Source: an uncultured Planctomycetaceae bacterium
Lineage (GTDB): Bacteria; Planctomycetota; UBA1135; GCA-002686595
Assembly (NCBI GenBank): GCA_964352415.1
Contig: CAYGST010000001.1
Span: 1-40,958, forward strand
Direction: 5' to 3'
Length of the DNA stretch: 40,958 nt
Made by a program: the position numbers and the translations under genes. Under the pieces are notes generated by a model that was not told the origin of the DNA, searched no databases, and saw nothing but the letters and a program-made list of their open reading frames with translations. This document shows positions 17,496 to 25,134 of the stretch, one piece after another; the stretch's first letter is position 1, and the number at the start of each line of letters is the position of its first letter.

Positions 17496-18394
17496 CGACG
17501 CCCTACGCCGATCGACTGGACGCCCGAACGCGTGAGCTCGGCAACCCGTGCCTCGTCGGACTCGACCCGCACTTCGAGCTCCTGCCGGAGGAGTTCGCGG
17601 TCGCGCGCGACCCCGAGGCCCCGCGCGCCGAACGCGCTCGCGCCGTCGAGAGCTTCCTCCTGCAGATCATCGAGCTCGCCGCCGGTCGCGTCCCCGCCGT
17701 GAAGCCGCAGTCCGCGTTCTTCGAGCGGCTCGGCGCCGACGGCGCGGTCGCCTGGGAGCGCGTCGTGGCCGCGGCCCGCGGCGCCGGCCTGCTCGTCATC
17801 GGCGACGTCAAGCGCTCCGACATCGCGAGCACCGCGCGCGCCTACGGACAGGCCTTCCTCGAGGACGCGGGCGACGCCTGCTGCGATGCGATCACGGTCA
17901 ACCCGTACCTCGGCGCCGACTCGATCGAGCCGCTGCTCGAAGTCTGCGAGCGCACCGGCGGCGGACTCTATGTGCTCGTGCGAACGTCGAACCCCGGCAG
18001 CGCGATGTTCCAGCACCACGGCGAACCGCCGCTCGTGCACGTCGTAGCGCGCGAGGTCGCGCGATGGGGGAGCGAGCTGCGCGGCGAGAGCGGGCTCTCG
18101 AGCGTGGGCGCGGTCGTCGGCGCGACGCACTCCGACCAGATCGCGAAGCTCCGGACGCTGATGCCGCACACGCCGTTCCTGATCCCCGGCTATGGAGCCC
18201 AGGGCGCGGGCGCGGAAGAGACACGGCCGGGATTCCTCGACGAAGGACGCGGCGCGCTGGTCAACTCCTCGCGCGGCATCCTGTATGCCTGGCGCAACCC
18301 GGAGAACGAGGGCAAGCACTGGAAGGACGCCAGCCTCGCCGCGCTCGACTCGATGGTCGAAGAGTTCCGCGCCCTCTTCGCGACGACGAGCTGA
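17492..18394 (+). CDS. pyrF: Orotidine 5'-phosphate decarboxylase, type 2
   Basis: 'CLVGLDPH...', 'VKPQSAFFERLG', 'LLVIGDVKRSDIASTARAY', 'DAITVNPYLGADSIEPLL', 'GLYVLVRTSNPGS', 'IPGYGAQG'. ATGA overlap with the DUF502 gene. Confidence 0.9.
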   Translation: MTTPYADRLDARTRELGNPCLVGLDPHFELLPEEFAVARDPEAPRAERARAVESFLLQIIELAAGRVPAVKPQSAFFERLGADGAVAWERVVAAARGAGLLVIGDVKRSDIASTARAYGQAFLEDAGDACCDAITVNPYLGADSIEPLLEVCERTGGGLYVLVRTSNPGSAMFQHHGEPPLVHVVAREVARWGSELRGESGLSSVGAVVGATHSDQIAKLRTLMPHTPFLIPGYGAQGAGAEETRPGFLDEGRGALVNSSRGILYAWRNPENEGKHWKDASLAALDSMVEEFRALFATTS

Positions 18395-18404
18395 CCCGGA
18401 CGCG

Positions 18405-19976
18405 ATGTTCCGCGTCGAGTACCTCCCCGCCGACGTCCTGGGACTGTCGGCGCTGGAGCGCGACGCGCTCTCCGGTCGCGCCGCCACGCTCGGAGTCGCG
18501 CGCCGCACCGCGGAGATCCCGGCGCACGAGAACCGCGACCTGCCGGCCGAGCGCGCGCACCTCGCGAAGTGGCTCGAGGCGCAAGCGACGCTCCACGCGC
18601 CGCACGTCGCCGTCCTCGAGTCGATTCGCAGGCTGGAGCAGCCCAGCGCGAGCTGCGTCGTCTGCGATGCGTTCCCGCACATCCTCCTGGGTCCGTGGTC
18701 GCAGCTCCTGCGCGCCCTGCAGACCATCAAGCTCGCGCGTGCGCTGTCGACCGAGAAAGCGCCGGTGGTGCCCGTGCTGTGGAACCACGGCGACGTCCAC
18801 GAATCCGAGGCGCTGCGCCGCGCTCGCCTCCCGAATCGCTTCTTCGAGCTGCAGACGGTCGAGCTCGACGGTCCGGCCTCCGGACGCGAGCCCGTGGATC
18901 AGATCACGCTCGAGACACGACGCCACGGGCTCGGTGCGCTGCGCGCAGTGCTGAGCCAGCTCTATGGCGACTACGAACACATCGACAAGGCTCTCGACAT
19001 CTCGTGTCCGCGCGAAGGCGAAACGCTTGCGTCCGCCTTCACGCGAGGCATGTACGAGCTCCTCGGGCCCCAGGGTCTCGTCGTCGTCGAGCCGAGCCCG
19101 CTGCGCACCGAGCTCTCGCACGCAACCGCCGACGTGATCGGCGCGAGCTGGGACGGCGCGCTGCGGCGAGCGAGCGGCGACGGCTCACCCTTGCTCGCCG
19201 AAGCTCCGCTCGTGCACGTCACCGCCGGCGGTTGTCAGCCGCTGCATCTCGGTGGCGAAGGCTACCGCTACGACGGTGAACCCGGGTCGCGCACGGCAGC
19301 GGAGCTCGCCGCTGAAATCGTGCAGGAGCCGGGCGCCTGGCGCGTCGGCGCACCGCTGCGGCCGCTCGCGCGTGACCTCGTCCTGCCGGTGCGCGCGGTG
19401 GTGGGCGACGCCGATGCCCTCGCGCGTCACGCGGCGCTCGCGCCAGTGCGCGACGCGCTCGAACTCCCGCACGTCGCCTTCGTACCAGCGACCGCTGCGA
19501 CCCTCGTCGACGGAGAAACGCGCGCCTCCCTCGAGCGCCTGGACGTCGGTCTCGCGCAGGTCCTGCGTGGCGGCGGCGGCTGGCAACCGCCACCGGTCGA
19601 GACACCGGGCTCCGGCGCCCTCGAGCGACTGGCGGCGATCGAGGCGGAGACCCGCGCGCGGCTCGCCGCGGAGCGCGGCGGACTCGTCGAGATCGACCCG
19701 ACGCTGCTACCGGCCCTCAAGATCGCGGGCAGGGGCGTCCGGGAGGCCTTCGAGCGGCTGACCCTGAAGGTCGAGCACGCCCGCAAGAACCGCGCGGGCA
19801 AGTCGCAGCGCCACTCCCGGGGACTGAACGCGAGGCTCTGCCCGGACGGCCGTCCCCAGGCCGACGTGCTTCCGCCGTTCACCTGGCTCGCCCGCCAGGG
19901 TCCCGAGTGGATCGACGAGCTCCTCGGCGACCTCGACCCGTTCGGCGGCGAGCACCTCGCCGTGCACTTGCCCTGA
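18405..19976 (+). CDS. BshC-like (DUF2317, putative cysteine ligase) family protein, divergent
   Basis: Trimmed to ATG 18405, giving 523 aa, which is BshC-sized. 'ILLGPWSQLLRALQTIKLARAL...PVVPVLWNHGDVHESE' parallels B. subtilis BshC 'GLLTGPLYTIHKIISIIVLAKQ...PVIPIFWVAGEDHDLDE'. C-terminal 'PPFTWLARQGPEWIDEL' parallels 'MYYLNRYGPKFFTTF'. By-eye alignment only. Confidence 0.55.
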   Translation: MFRVEYLPADVLGLSALERDALSGRAATLGVARRTAEIPAHENRDLPAERAHLAKWLEAQATLHAPHVAVLESIRRLEQPSASCVVCDAFPHILLGPWSQLLRALQTIKLARALSTEKAPVVPVLWNHGDVHESEALRRARLPNRFFELQTVELDGPASGREPVDQITLETRRHGLGALRAVLSQLYGDYEHIDKALDISCPREGETLASAFTRGMYELLGPQGLVVVEPSPLRTELSHATADVIGASWDGALRRASGDGSPLLAEAPLVHVTAGGCQPLHLGGEGYRYDGEPGSRTAAELAAEIVQEPGAWRVGAPLRPLARDLVLPVRAVVGDADALARHAALAPVRDALELPHVAFVPATAATLVDGETRASLERLDVGLAQVLRGGGGWQPPPVETPGSGALERLAAIEAETRARLAAERGGLVEIDPTLLPALKIAGRGVREAFERLTLKVEHARKNRAGKSQRHSRGLNARLCPDGRPQADVLPPFTWLARQGPEWIDELLGDLDPFGGEHLAVHLP

Positions 19977-19992
19977 CCACCTTCTCCCCCGG

Positions 19993-20042
19993 CAGCCCTC
20001 GGCCCTGACAGCCTCGGCCCCGACAACCCTCTGCCCCGACAA
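19993..20042. repeat. Three tandem ~16-bp imperfect direct repeats (CAGCCCTCGGCCCTGACA / GCCTCGGCCCCGACAA / CCCTCTGCCCCGACAA) upstream of parA
   Basis: Read directly from the sequence. Followed by a GCGAATTCGC palindrome at about 20053-20062. Confidence 0.6.
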
Positions 20043-20078
20043 CACAGAGCGGCGCGAATTCGCCGCGAAACCAAGGCT

Positions 20079-20107
20079 TTGGGCCAACCTCCCCGCAGCG
20101 GTATCAT
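20079..20107 (+). promoter_or_regulatory. Candidate parA promoter TTGGGC - 17 nt - TATCAT
   Basis: The -10 element matches TATAAT 5/6 with a 17-nt spacer, 36 nt upstream of the parA ATG. The -35 element is weak. Confidence 0.25.
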
Positions 20108-20143
20108 GCCGCGGCCGAGGACCCGCACTGCGCGGACGGCAGC

Positions 20144-21298
20144 ATGCGCAAGATCGCCATCATCAATCAGAAGGGAGGCGTGGGGAAGACCACGACCTCG
20201 GCCAACCTCGGCGCCGCCCTCGCGGAGCAAGGGCGCCGCGTGGTGGTGGTGGACCTCGATCCGCAGGCCAACCTGACGCTGCACCTCGGGGTCGAACCCG
20301 ACACCGGCTGCCCCTCCGCCTACACCGTGCTCGGCGGCCGAACGACCTTCGCGGAGGCGGTGGAGGACACGAAGGAGGCCGGACTGCGCGTCTTGCCGAG
20401 CAACATCGACCTCTCGGGCGCCGAGCTCGAGCTGGCGAGCGCGATCGGTCGCGACAACCTCCTGGCCGATGCCATCGACGCCTGGATCGCCGACCATGCC
20501 AAGGAGCTGGGCGCCGAATCGGGAGTCGAGCCCGCCGACTACGTCATCTTCGACTGCCCGCCGAGCCTCGGACTGCTGTCCGTCAACGCGCTCGCGGCGG
20601 CCAACGAGGTCATCATCACCGTCCAGACCGAGTTCCTGGCGCTGATGGGCATGAGCAAGCTGGTCGAGATCGTCAAGCTCATTCAGCGCCGCCTCAACCC
20701 CGGCCTGAAGATCACCGGCATCGCGCCGTGCCTCTACGACAGCCGCCTGCGGCTGGCCCGCGAAGTGCTCGGTGAGATCCGTAAGTACTTCCCCGGACAG
20801 GTGTTCGCGACTCCGGTGCGCAGCAACGTCAAGCTCGCCGAGGCGCCCAGCTTCGGCACCAGCATCATCGACTACGCCCCCGAGTCGAACGGCGCGCGGG
20901 ACTACCGGCGCCTCGCGATCGAGGTCATCGCCCAGGAGGTCGACCACCCGGAGCTGGCCGATCTGCCGGAGCCGCGGGAGCTGGCCGAATTGCCTACCAC
21001 CAAGCCGGGCGAGCCGGACCCCGGCGGTCCATTCGCGCCGCCCCGCGGGGGCTCGCGGCCGCAGGTCGACCGCGCGCCGAGCCCGAAGGCTCCGGGTTCC
21101 AGCGCCGCCGCTTCGAGGGCCAAGGGCTCAGCGGGCGAGGCGGAGGTGACCCTCACCCCGAAGGCACCGCCCACCGAGGGCGTGGCGCACGAGGCCGGCG
21201 GCCCGAAGCCCGTGGACGCCGTGGAGGAGGAGCTGCAGGTCATGCGAGCCCAGGACCTGCCGCCACTGCCCCCCGAGGCGTTCGAGATCGACTCCTGA
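20144..21298 (+). CDS. parA: ParA/Soj-type partition ATPase with ~125-aa Pro/Ala/Glu-rich C-terminal extension
   Basis: 'MRKIAIINQKGGVGKTTTSANLGAALAEQGRRVVVVDLDPQANLT' (deviant Walker A), 'YVIFDCPPSLGLLSVNAL', 'AEAPSFGTSIIDYAP'. The tail from about residue 260 is low complexity. Confidence 0.9.
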   Translation: MRKIAIINQKGGVGKTTTSANLGAALAEQGRRVVVVDLDPQANLTLHLGVEPDTGCPSAYTVLGGRTTFAEAVEDTKEAGLRVLPSNIDLSGAELELASAIGRDNLLADAIDAWIADHAKELGAESGVEPADYVIFDCPPSLGLLSVNALAAANEVIITVQTEFLALMGMSKLVEIVKLIQRRLNPGLKITGIAPCLYDSRLRLAREVLGEIRKYFPGQVFATPVRSNVKLAEAPSFGTSIIDYAPESNGARDYRRLAIEVIAQEVDHPELADLPEPRELAELPTTKPGEPDPGGPFAPPRGGSRPQVDRAPSPKAPGSSAAASRAKGSAGEAEVTLTPKAPPTEGVAHEAGGPKPVDAVEEELQVMRAQDLPPLPPEAFEIDS

Positions 21299-21368
21299 CC
21301 CGCGCGGAGCCGCCTTCGTCTCGCCCGGGCCGCCCCTCGCGGGCCCGGCCGACGGAGTCCTCCACCCC

Positions 21369-21402
21369 GCGGGCCAAGATCCCGCCGGGCGGGCTAAGAT
21401 CC
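21369..21402 (+). promoter_or_regulatory. 14-bp direct repeat GCGGGCCAAGATCC / GCGGGCTAAGATCC with 20-bp period, abutting the cysteine desulfurase start
   Basis: Repeats at 21369-21382 and 21389-21402 (13/14 identical). The second contains TAAGAT, 7 nt before GTG 21408. Confidence 0.35.
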
Positions 21403-21407
21403 GCGCC

Positions 21408-22568
21408 GTGAGGGTCTACCTGGATCACAACGGCACGACGCCTGTGCGCGCGGAGGTGCGCGAGCGCTACCTGCGGCTGCTCGACGGCGGTTTGGGCAAT
21501 GCGTCGGCGACGCACACCTCGGGGCGACGCGCACGCGCCGCCGTGGACGACGCCCGCGAGCAGGTCGCCGCGGCGCTACAAGTCCCCGAAGAGTGGCTCA
21601 TCTTCACCTCGGGTGGCACCGAAGCGAACAACACCGCCCTGCGTGGCGTGCTCGCGGCCGGCGGACCCGGGAGCGGACTGCTGACGAGCGCCGTGGAGCA
21701 CTCCTCGGTCCTCGAGACGGCCCAGATCCTCGGCGGGGCGGGTCATCCCCATGGGACCGTCCCCGTGGGGACCTCCGGAGACCTCGATCTGGACGCGTTC
21801 GACCGAGCGCTGGCCGATGCACCACCGCGGCTCGTGTCGATCATGGCCGCCAACAACGAGACCGGCGCGTGCTCTCCGATGGAGGCGATCGCGGCGCGCC
21901 TCGGGGCGCTGGGGAAGGAGCGGCCCGTCTGGCACTCCGATGCCGTCCAGGCGTTGGGCAAGTGCCCGCTCACCCTGACCGAGTGGGGCGTGGACCTCGC
22001 GAGTCTCTCCGCGCACAAGGTCGGCGGTCCGATTGGCGTGGGCGTTCTCGTTCGACGGCCGTCGGTTCCGTTGCCGCCGCTCCTGACGGGCGGAGGACAG
22101 GAGGTCGGGGCGCGCTCGGGCACCGAGAACGTCGCGGGCATCGGCGCAGCGGCCCTCGCGATCGAGCTCGCCGTTGCGGAGCAAGCCACCTACGCAAGGC
22201 GTGCGCTCGAACTGACGCTGCGTCTCTGGCAAGGAGTGCGCCAGCATGCACCCGAAGCGCGCCTCGTCGGGCCACCGCTCGAGGACAAGCCGCGGCTTCC
22301 CAACACGTTGTGCGTCCTTCTCCCTGGGATCGACGGACGCAGTCTGGTGGCGCGACTCGACCTGGAAGGCGTCGAGGCCAGTCTCGGTTCCGCCTGTTCG
22401 AGCGGCGCGATCGAACCGTCGCACGTGTTGCTCGCGATGGGGTTCGACGACGCCTGCGCGCGCGCAGGGCTGCGCTTGTCCTTGGGACGCGCGACTTCCC
22501 ACGAAGATGTCCACAGCGCTGTGGAGAAGATGGGGAAAGCGCTGCAAGGCTTGGCGCCAACAAGCTGA
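21408..22568 (+). CDS. Cysteine desulfurase, NifS/IscS family (class V aminotransferase)
   Basis: 'VYLDHNGTTP', 'NASATHTSGR', 'IFTSGGTEANN', PLP-Lys 'SLSAHKVGGPIGVGVL', 'GGGQEVGARSGTENV', catalytic Cys loop 'SLGSACSSG'. Confidence 0.9.
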   Translation: MRVYLDHNGTTPVRAEVRERYLRLLDGGLGNASATHTSGRRARAAVDDAREQVAAALQVPEEWLIFTSGGTEANNTALRGVLAAGGPGSGLLTSAVEHSSVLETAQILGGAGHPHGTVPVGTSGDLDLDAFDRALADAPPRLVSIMAANNETGACSPMEAIAARLGALGKERPVWHSDAVQALGKCPLTLTEWGVDLASLSAHKVGGPIGVGVLVRRPSVPLPPLLTGGGQEVGARSGTENVAGIGAAALAIELAVAEQATYARRALELTLRLWQGVRQHAPEARLVGPPLEDKPRLPNTLCVLLPGIDGRSLVARLDLEGVEASLGSACSSGAIEPSHVLLAMGFDDACARAGLRLSLGRATSHEDVHSAVEKMGKALQGLAPTS

Positions 22569-22614
22569 GCGCAGTGGGTCGCAAACAGAGCGCGAAGGGT
22601 TTCGTGGGCAATCG

Positions 22615-22643
22615 TTGACCGACGTTCGGAGCGCCTCTCTAAT
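22615..22643 (+). promoter_or_regulatory. Candidate dnaA promoter TTGACC - 17 nt - TCTAAT
   Basis: Both hexamers match consensus 5/6 with the optimal 17-nt spacer, in the 250-340 bp noncoding stretch upstream of dnaA. Confidence 0.35.
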
Positions 22644-22907
22644 GACCGGCCGTCGCGCGAAGCGGTCCCTCCAGCACTGCCTTGGCTGGGTGTCTTCCGA
22701 GTGAGCGAGACGTGAAGAACGAACGACGCGGCCGGTCCGGGCCGCGCTTGCAACGCGCACGTCTCGACGAAGGATCTCGACACCCGCAAGCCGGCGAACG
22801 CCGGCCCTCGGGCTGCCGAAGTGTCCGATCGCCCCGCCTCCAGGGGCACCGTCGTCTTCGCGGCGCATCACCGAGTCCCGTCCCTCCAGCACCCGAACGC
22901 CCCGCGC

Positions 22908-24563
22908 ATGCCCGACCCCGAGGTCACTCGCTCTCGCGTCGATTCGGCGGTGCAGCCGCCGCTGCCCATCGTGGAGGAGCGTAGCCGCATCGACGGCCTC
23001 GAGAGGGACGACCCTCTCCCGGGGAAGATGGACACCATTGCGCTTGAAGACGAGACCAATGGGGTCGCTCCCGCAGAGTTCGCCGCCCTCGCCGCAGAAG
23101 TGGAGGGGTCTTCGGACGAGGCCGCGCCCGCGCCCGCGCTCGATCGTCGCCAGCTGACCGACGTCTGGAGACAGCTGCGGACCGTCATTCGTCAGCGCAT
23201 CCAGCCGGAGCAGTTCGAGACCTGGTTCCGTCGCGCTGACCTCGTTCGCGTCGATCAGGACCAGCTCTGCATCGCGGTCCAGAACGCGTTCTCGAGGGAC
23301 TGGCTGCGCAGCTACTACCGTGAGGTGATCGAGGAGTCCGCACAGAAGGTGCTCTCCCGAAAGCTGCGCATCGAGTTCGACGTCGACCCCGAACTCACCG
23401 CCGCCGTGCTCGACCCGGGCGCAGCGGAAGAGGCCGCCGAGGTCGAAGCCGAGGACGCGCGCAAGGACGAACGCGAGGAGCGCGGTGGCCGGCGCAACGC
23501 GGCCAACCCGGTCAACGCCCTCGCGCGCGGCAGCGACATCGGCCTCAACCCGCGCTACACCTTCGACAACTTCGTCGTCGGTCCGTGCAACCGGTTCTGC
23601 CACGCCGTGTCCCTCGGCACGGCGGAGGCCCCCGGCAAGACGTACAACCCGCTGTTCCTGCACGGCAACGTCGGGCTCGGCAAGACGCACCTGCTCCAGG
23701 CGATCTGCTTCACGCTGATCCAGAACTGGAAGGACGTGCGCATCCTGTTCCTGTCCTGCGAGACGTTCGTGAATCACTTCATCAGCGCGCTGGAGAACGG
23801 CGACCTGCAGAAGTTCCGGAACAAGTACCGCAACGTGGACGTTCTCGTCGTGGACGACATCCATCTGCTCGCCAACAAGGAGCGCACGCAGGAGGAGTTC
23901 TTCCACACGTTCAACACGCTCTACAACTCGGGCAAGCAGATCATCCTGTCGTCCGACTCGCCGCCGAAGGACATCCCGACGCTGCAGGAGCGACTCGTGT
24001 CGCGCTTCAAGTGGGGCCTCGTCACCGAGATCGAGCCGCCGTGCTACGAGACGCGCATGGCGATCCTGAAGCGCAAGGGGCGCGAGCGCGGTAACGAACT
24101 CCCTGAGGAGGTCGCGCAGCTCATCGCCGAGCGCGTCGACACGAACATCCGCGAGCTCGAGGGCGCCGTGAACAAGCTCTACAGCTTCGCGAACGTGACG
24201 GGCGAACCGATCAGCGTTCAATTCACCCGCCAGGTGCTCAGCGACCTGTTCAGCAAGCGCCGCGGCCAGCCCTCGATGGACGACATCATCGAGGTCGTGA
24301 CCGGGCACTTCGGCGTCCGGCTCTCCGACCTGCAGTCGAAGAAGCGAACGAACCAGATCGCCTACCCGCGACAGGTCGCGATGTACCTGGCCCGCAAGAT
24401 CACGCGCCACTCCCTGGAGGAGATCGGCGGCTTCTTCGGGGGCCGCGACCACTCCACCGTGCTGCACGCCGTGCGCAAGGTCGACCGGCTCACCGGAGAG
24501 GACGAGACCAGTCGCGACCTGCTCGCGAGCCTCCTGGACGACCTCCAGGCCGGCCGGGCCTGA
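22908..24563 (+). CDS. dnaA: Chromosomal replication initiator DnaA (start uncertain: GTG 22821, ATG 22908 or ATG 23028)
   Basis: Domain I '[25 protein letters not shown]'. AAA+ '[20 protein letters not shown]', '[12 protein letters not shown]', 'SSDSPP'. Domain IV '[38 protein letters not shown]'. Confidence 0.95.
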   Translation: MPDPEVTRSRVDSAVQPPLPIVEERSRIDGLERDDPLPGKMDTIALEDETNGVAPAEFAALAAEVEGSSDEAAPAPALDRRQLTDVWRQLRTVIRQRIQPEQFETWFRRADLVRVDQDQLCIAVQNAFSRDWLRSYYREVIEESAQKVLSRKLRIEFDVDPELTAAVLDPGAAEEAAEVEAEDARKDEREERGGRRNAANPVNALARGSDIGLNPRYTFDNFVVGPCNRFCHAVSLGTAEAPGKTYNPLFLHGNVGLGKTHLLQAICFTLIQNWKDVRILFLSCETFVNHFISALENGDLQKFRNKYRNVDVLVVDDIHLLANKERTQEEFFHTFNTLYNSGKQIILSSDSPPKDIPTLQERLVSRFKWGLVTEIEPPCYETRMAILKRKGRERGNELPEEVAQLIAERVDTNIRELEGAVNKLYSFANVTGEPISVQFTRQVLSDLFSKRRGQPSMDDIIEVVTGHFGVRLSDLQSKKRTNQIAYPRQVAMYLARKITRHSLEEIGGFFGGRDHSTVLHAVRKVDRLTGEDETSRDLLASLLDDLQAGRA

Positions 24564-24799
24564 GAGCGCGATTGGTGGGTCCCCAGCGGCCTCCCGAGCC
24601 CCTGTCGAGCAGCGCCCCGCGGCCGAGCTCCAGGCGCCCGCGTACGGGCCAGCAGGCTGTCCCTGAGGCCGCCTCGAGGGGGGTCCGTGCGATGTACTTC
24701 CGGGGCCCATTCCACTACCCTGTGGGGGCCTTGGAGAACGGTGATCCGGCCCGCAGCGACGGCCGATTCACGCCTCCGATGCCGGCACCGATCCTTGAA

Positions 24800-25105
24800 C
24801 ACCCTGTGGAGAACACCCGGGACGAACCGTGCGCAACCGTCTCTCCCGTGTGGACCGCTCAGCGCTTCTCCACGGTGATCGTGGGACGCAGCCGCGCGGT
24901 CTGGACAAGCGTTCACAACTCACGCGGGAATCACGACTCCTCCACAGCTCAGCGAAGCTTGCCAACGGCCTCGCGACCGACACAACAGCGCCTCGACTCA
25001 CGTCTTGCAGCGACGACCCTGCGAACTCTCCACAGTTTCGACCTGCCCTTACTGTTAAGAAGAGTTCTTAAGAGGTTGGAGAAGAGACAAACGATCCACA
25101 CGAGC
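24800..25105. other. oriC: Candidate oriC: DnaA-box cluster plus AT-rich unwinding element in the dnaA-dnaN intergenic region
   Basis: Boxes versus TTATCCACA:
- TGTGGAGAA 24805-24813 (8/9, reverse orientation)
- TGTGGACCG 24849-24857
- TTCTCCACG 24866-24874
- TCCTCCACA 24938-24946
- CTCTCCACA 25026-25034
- CGATCCACA 25092-25100
AT-rich patch at about 25048-25093 containing the inverted repeat TTAAGAA-gag-TTCTTAA (25055-25071). Confidence 0.6.
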
Positions 25106-25134
25106 TCCAGGCCCCTCTACCCACCGCAACAAGC

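Noticed and set aside
21576-24710. 1044-aa ORF on the minus strand, the longest in the track
   Set aside because: It lies antisense to the clearly conserved cysteine desulfurase and dnaA genes. Its composition is Arg/Gly/Ala/Val-rich with no recognisable motif. This is a typical high-GC shadow ORF.
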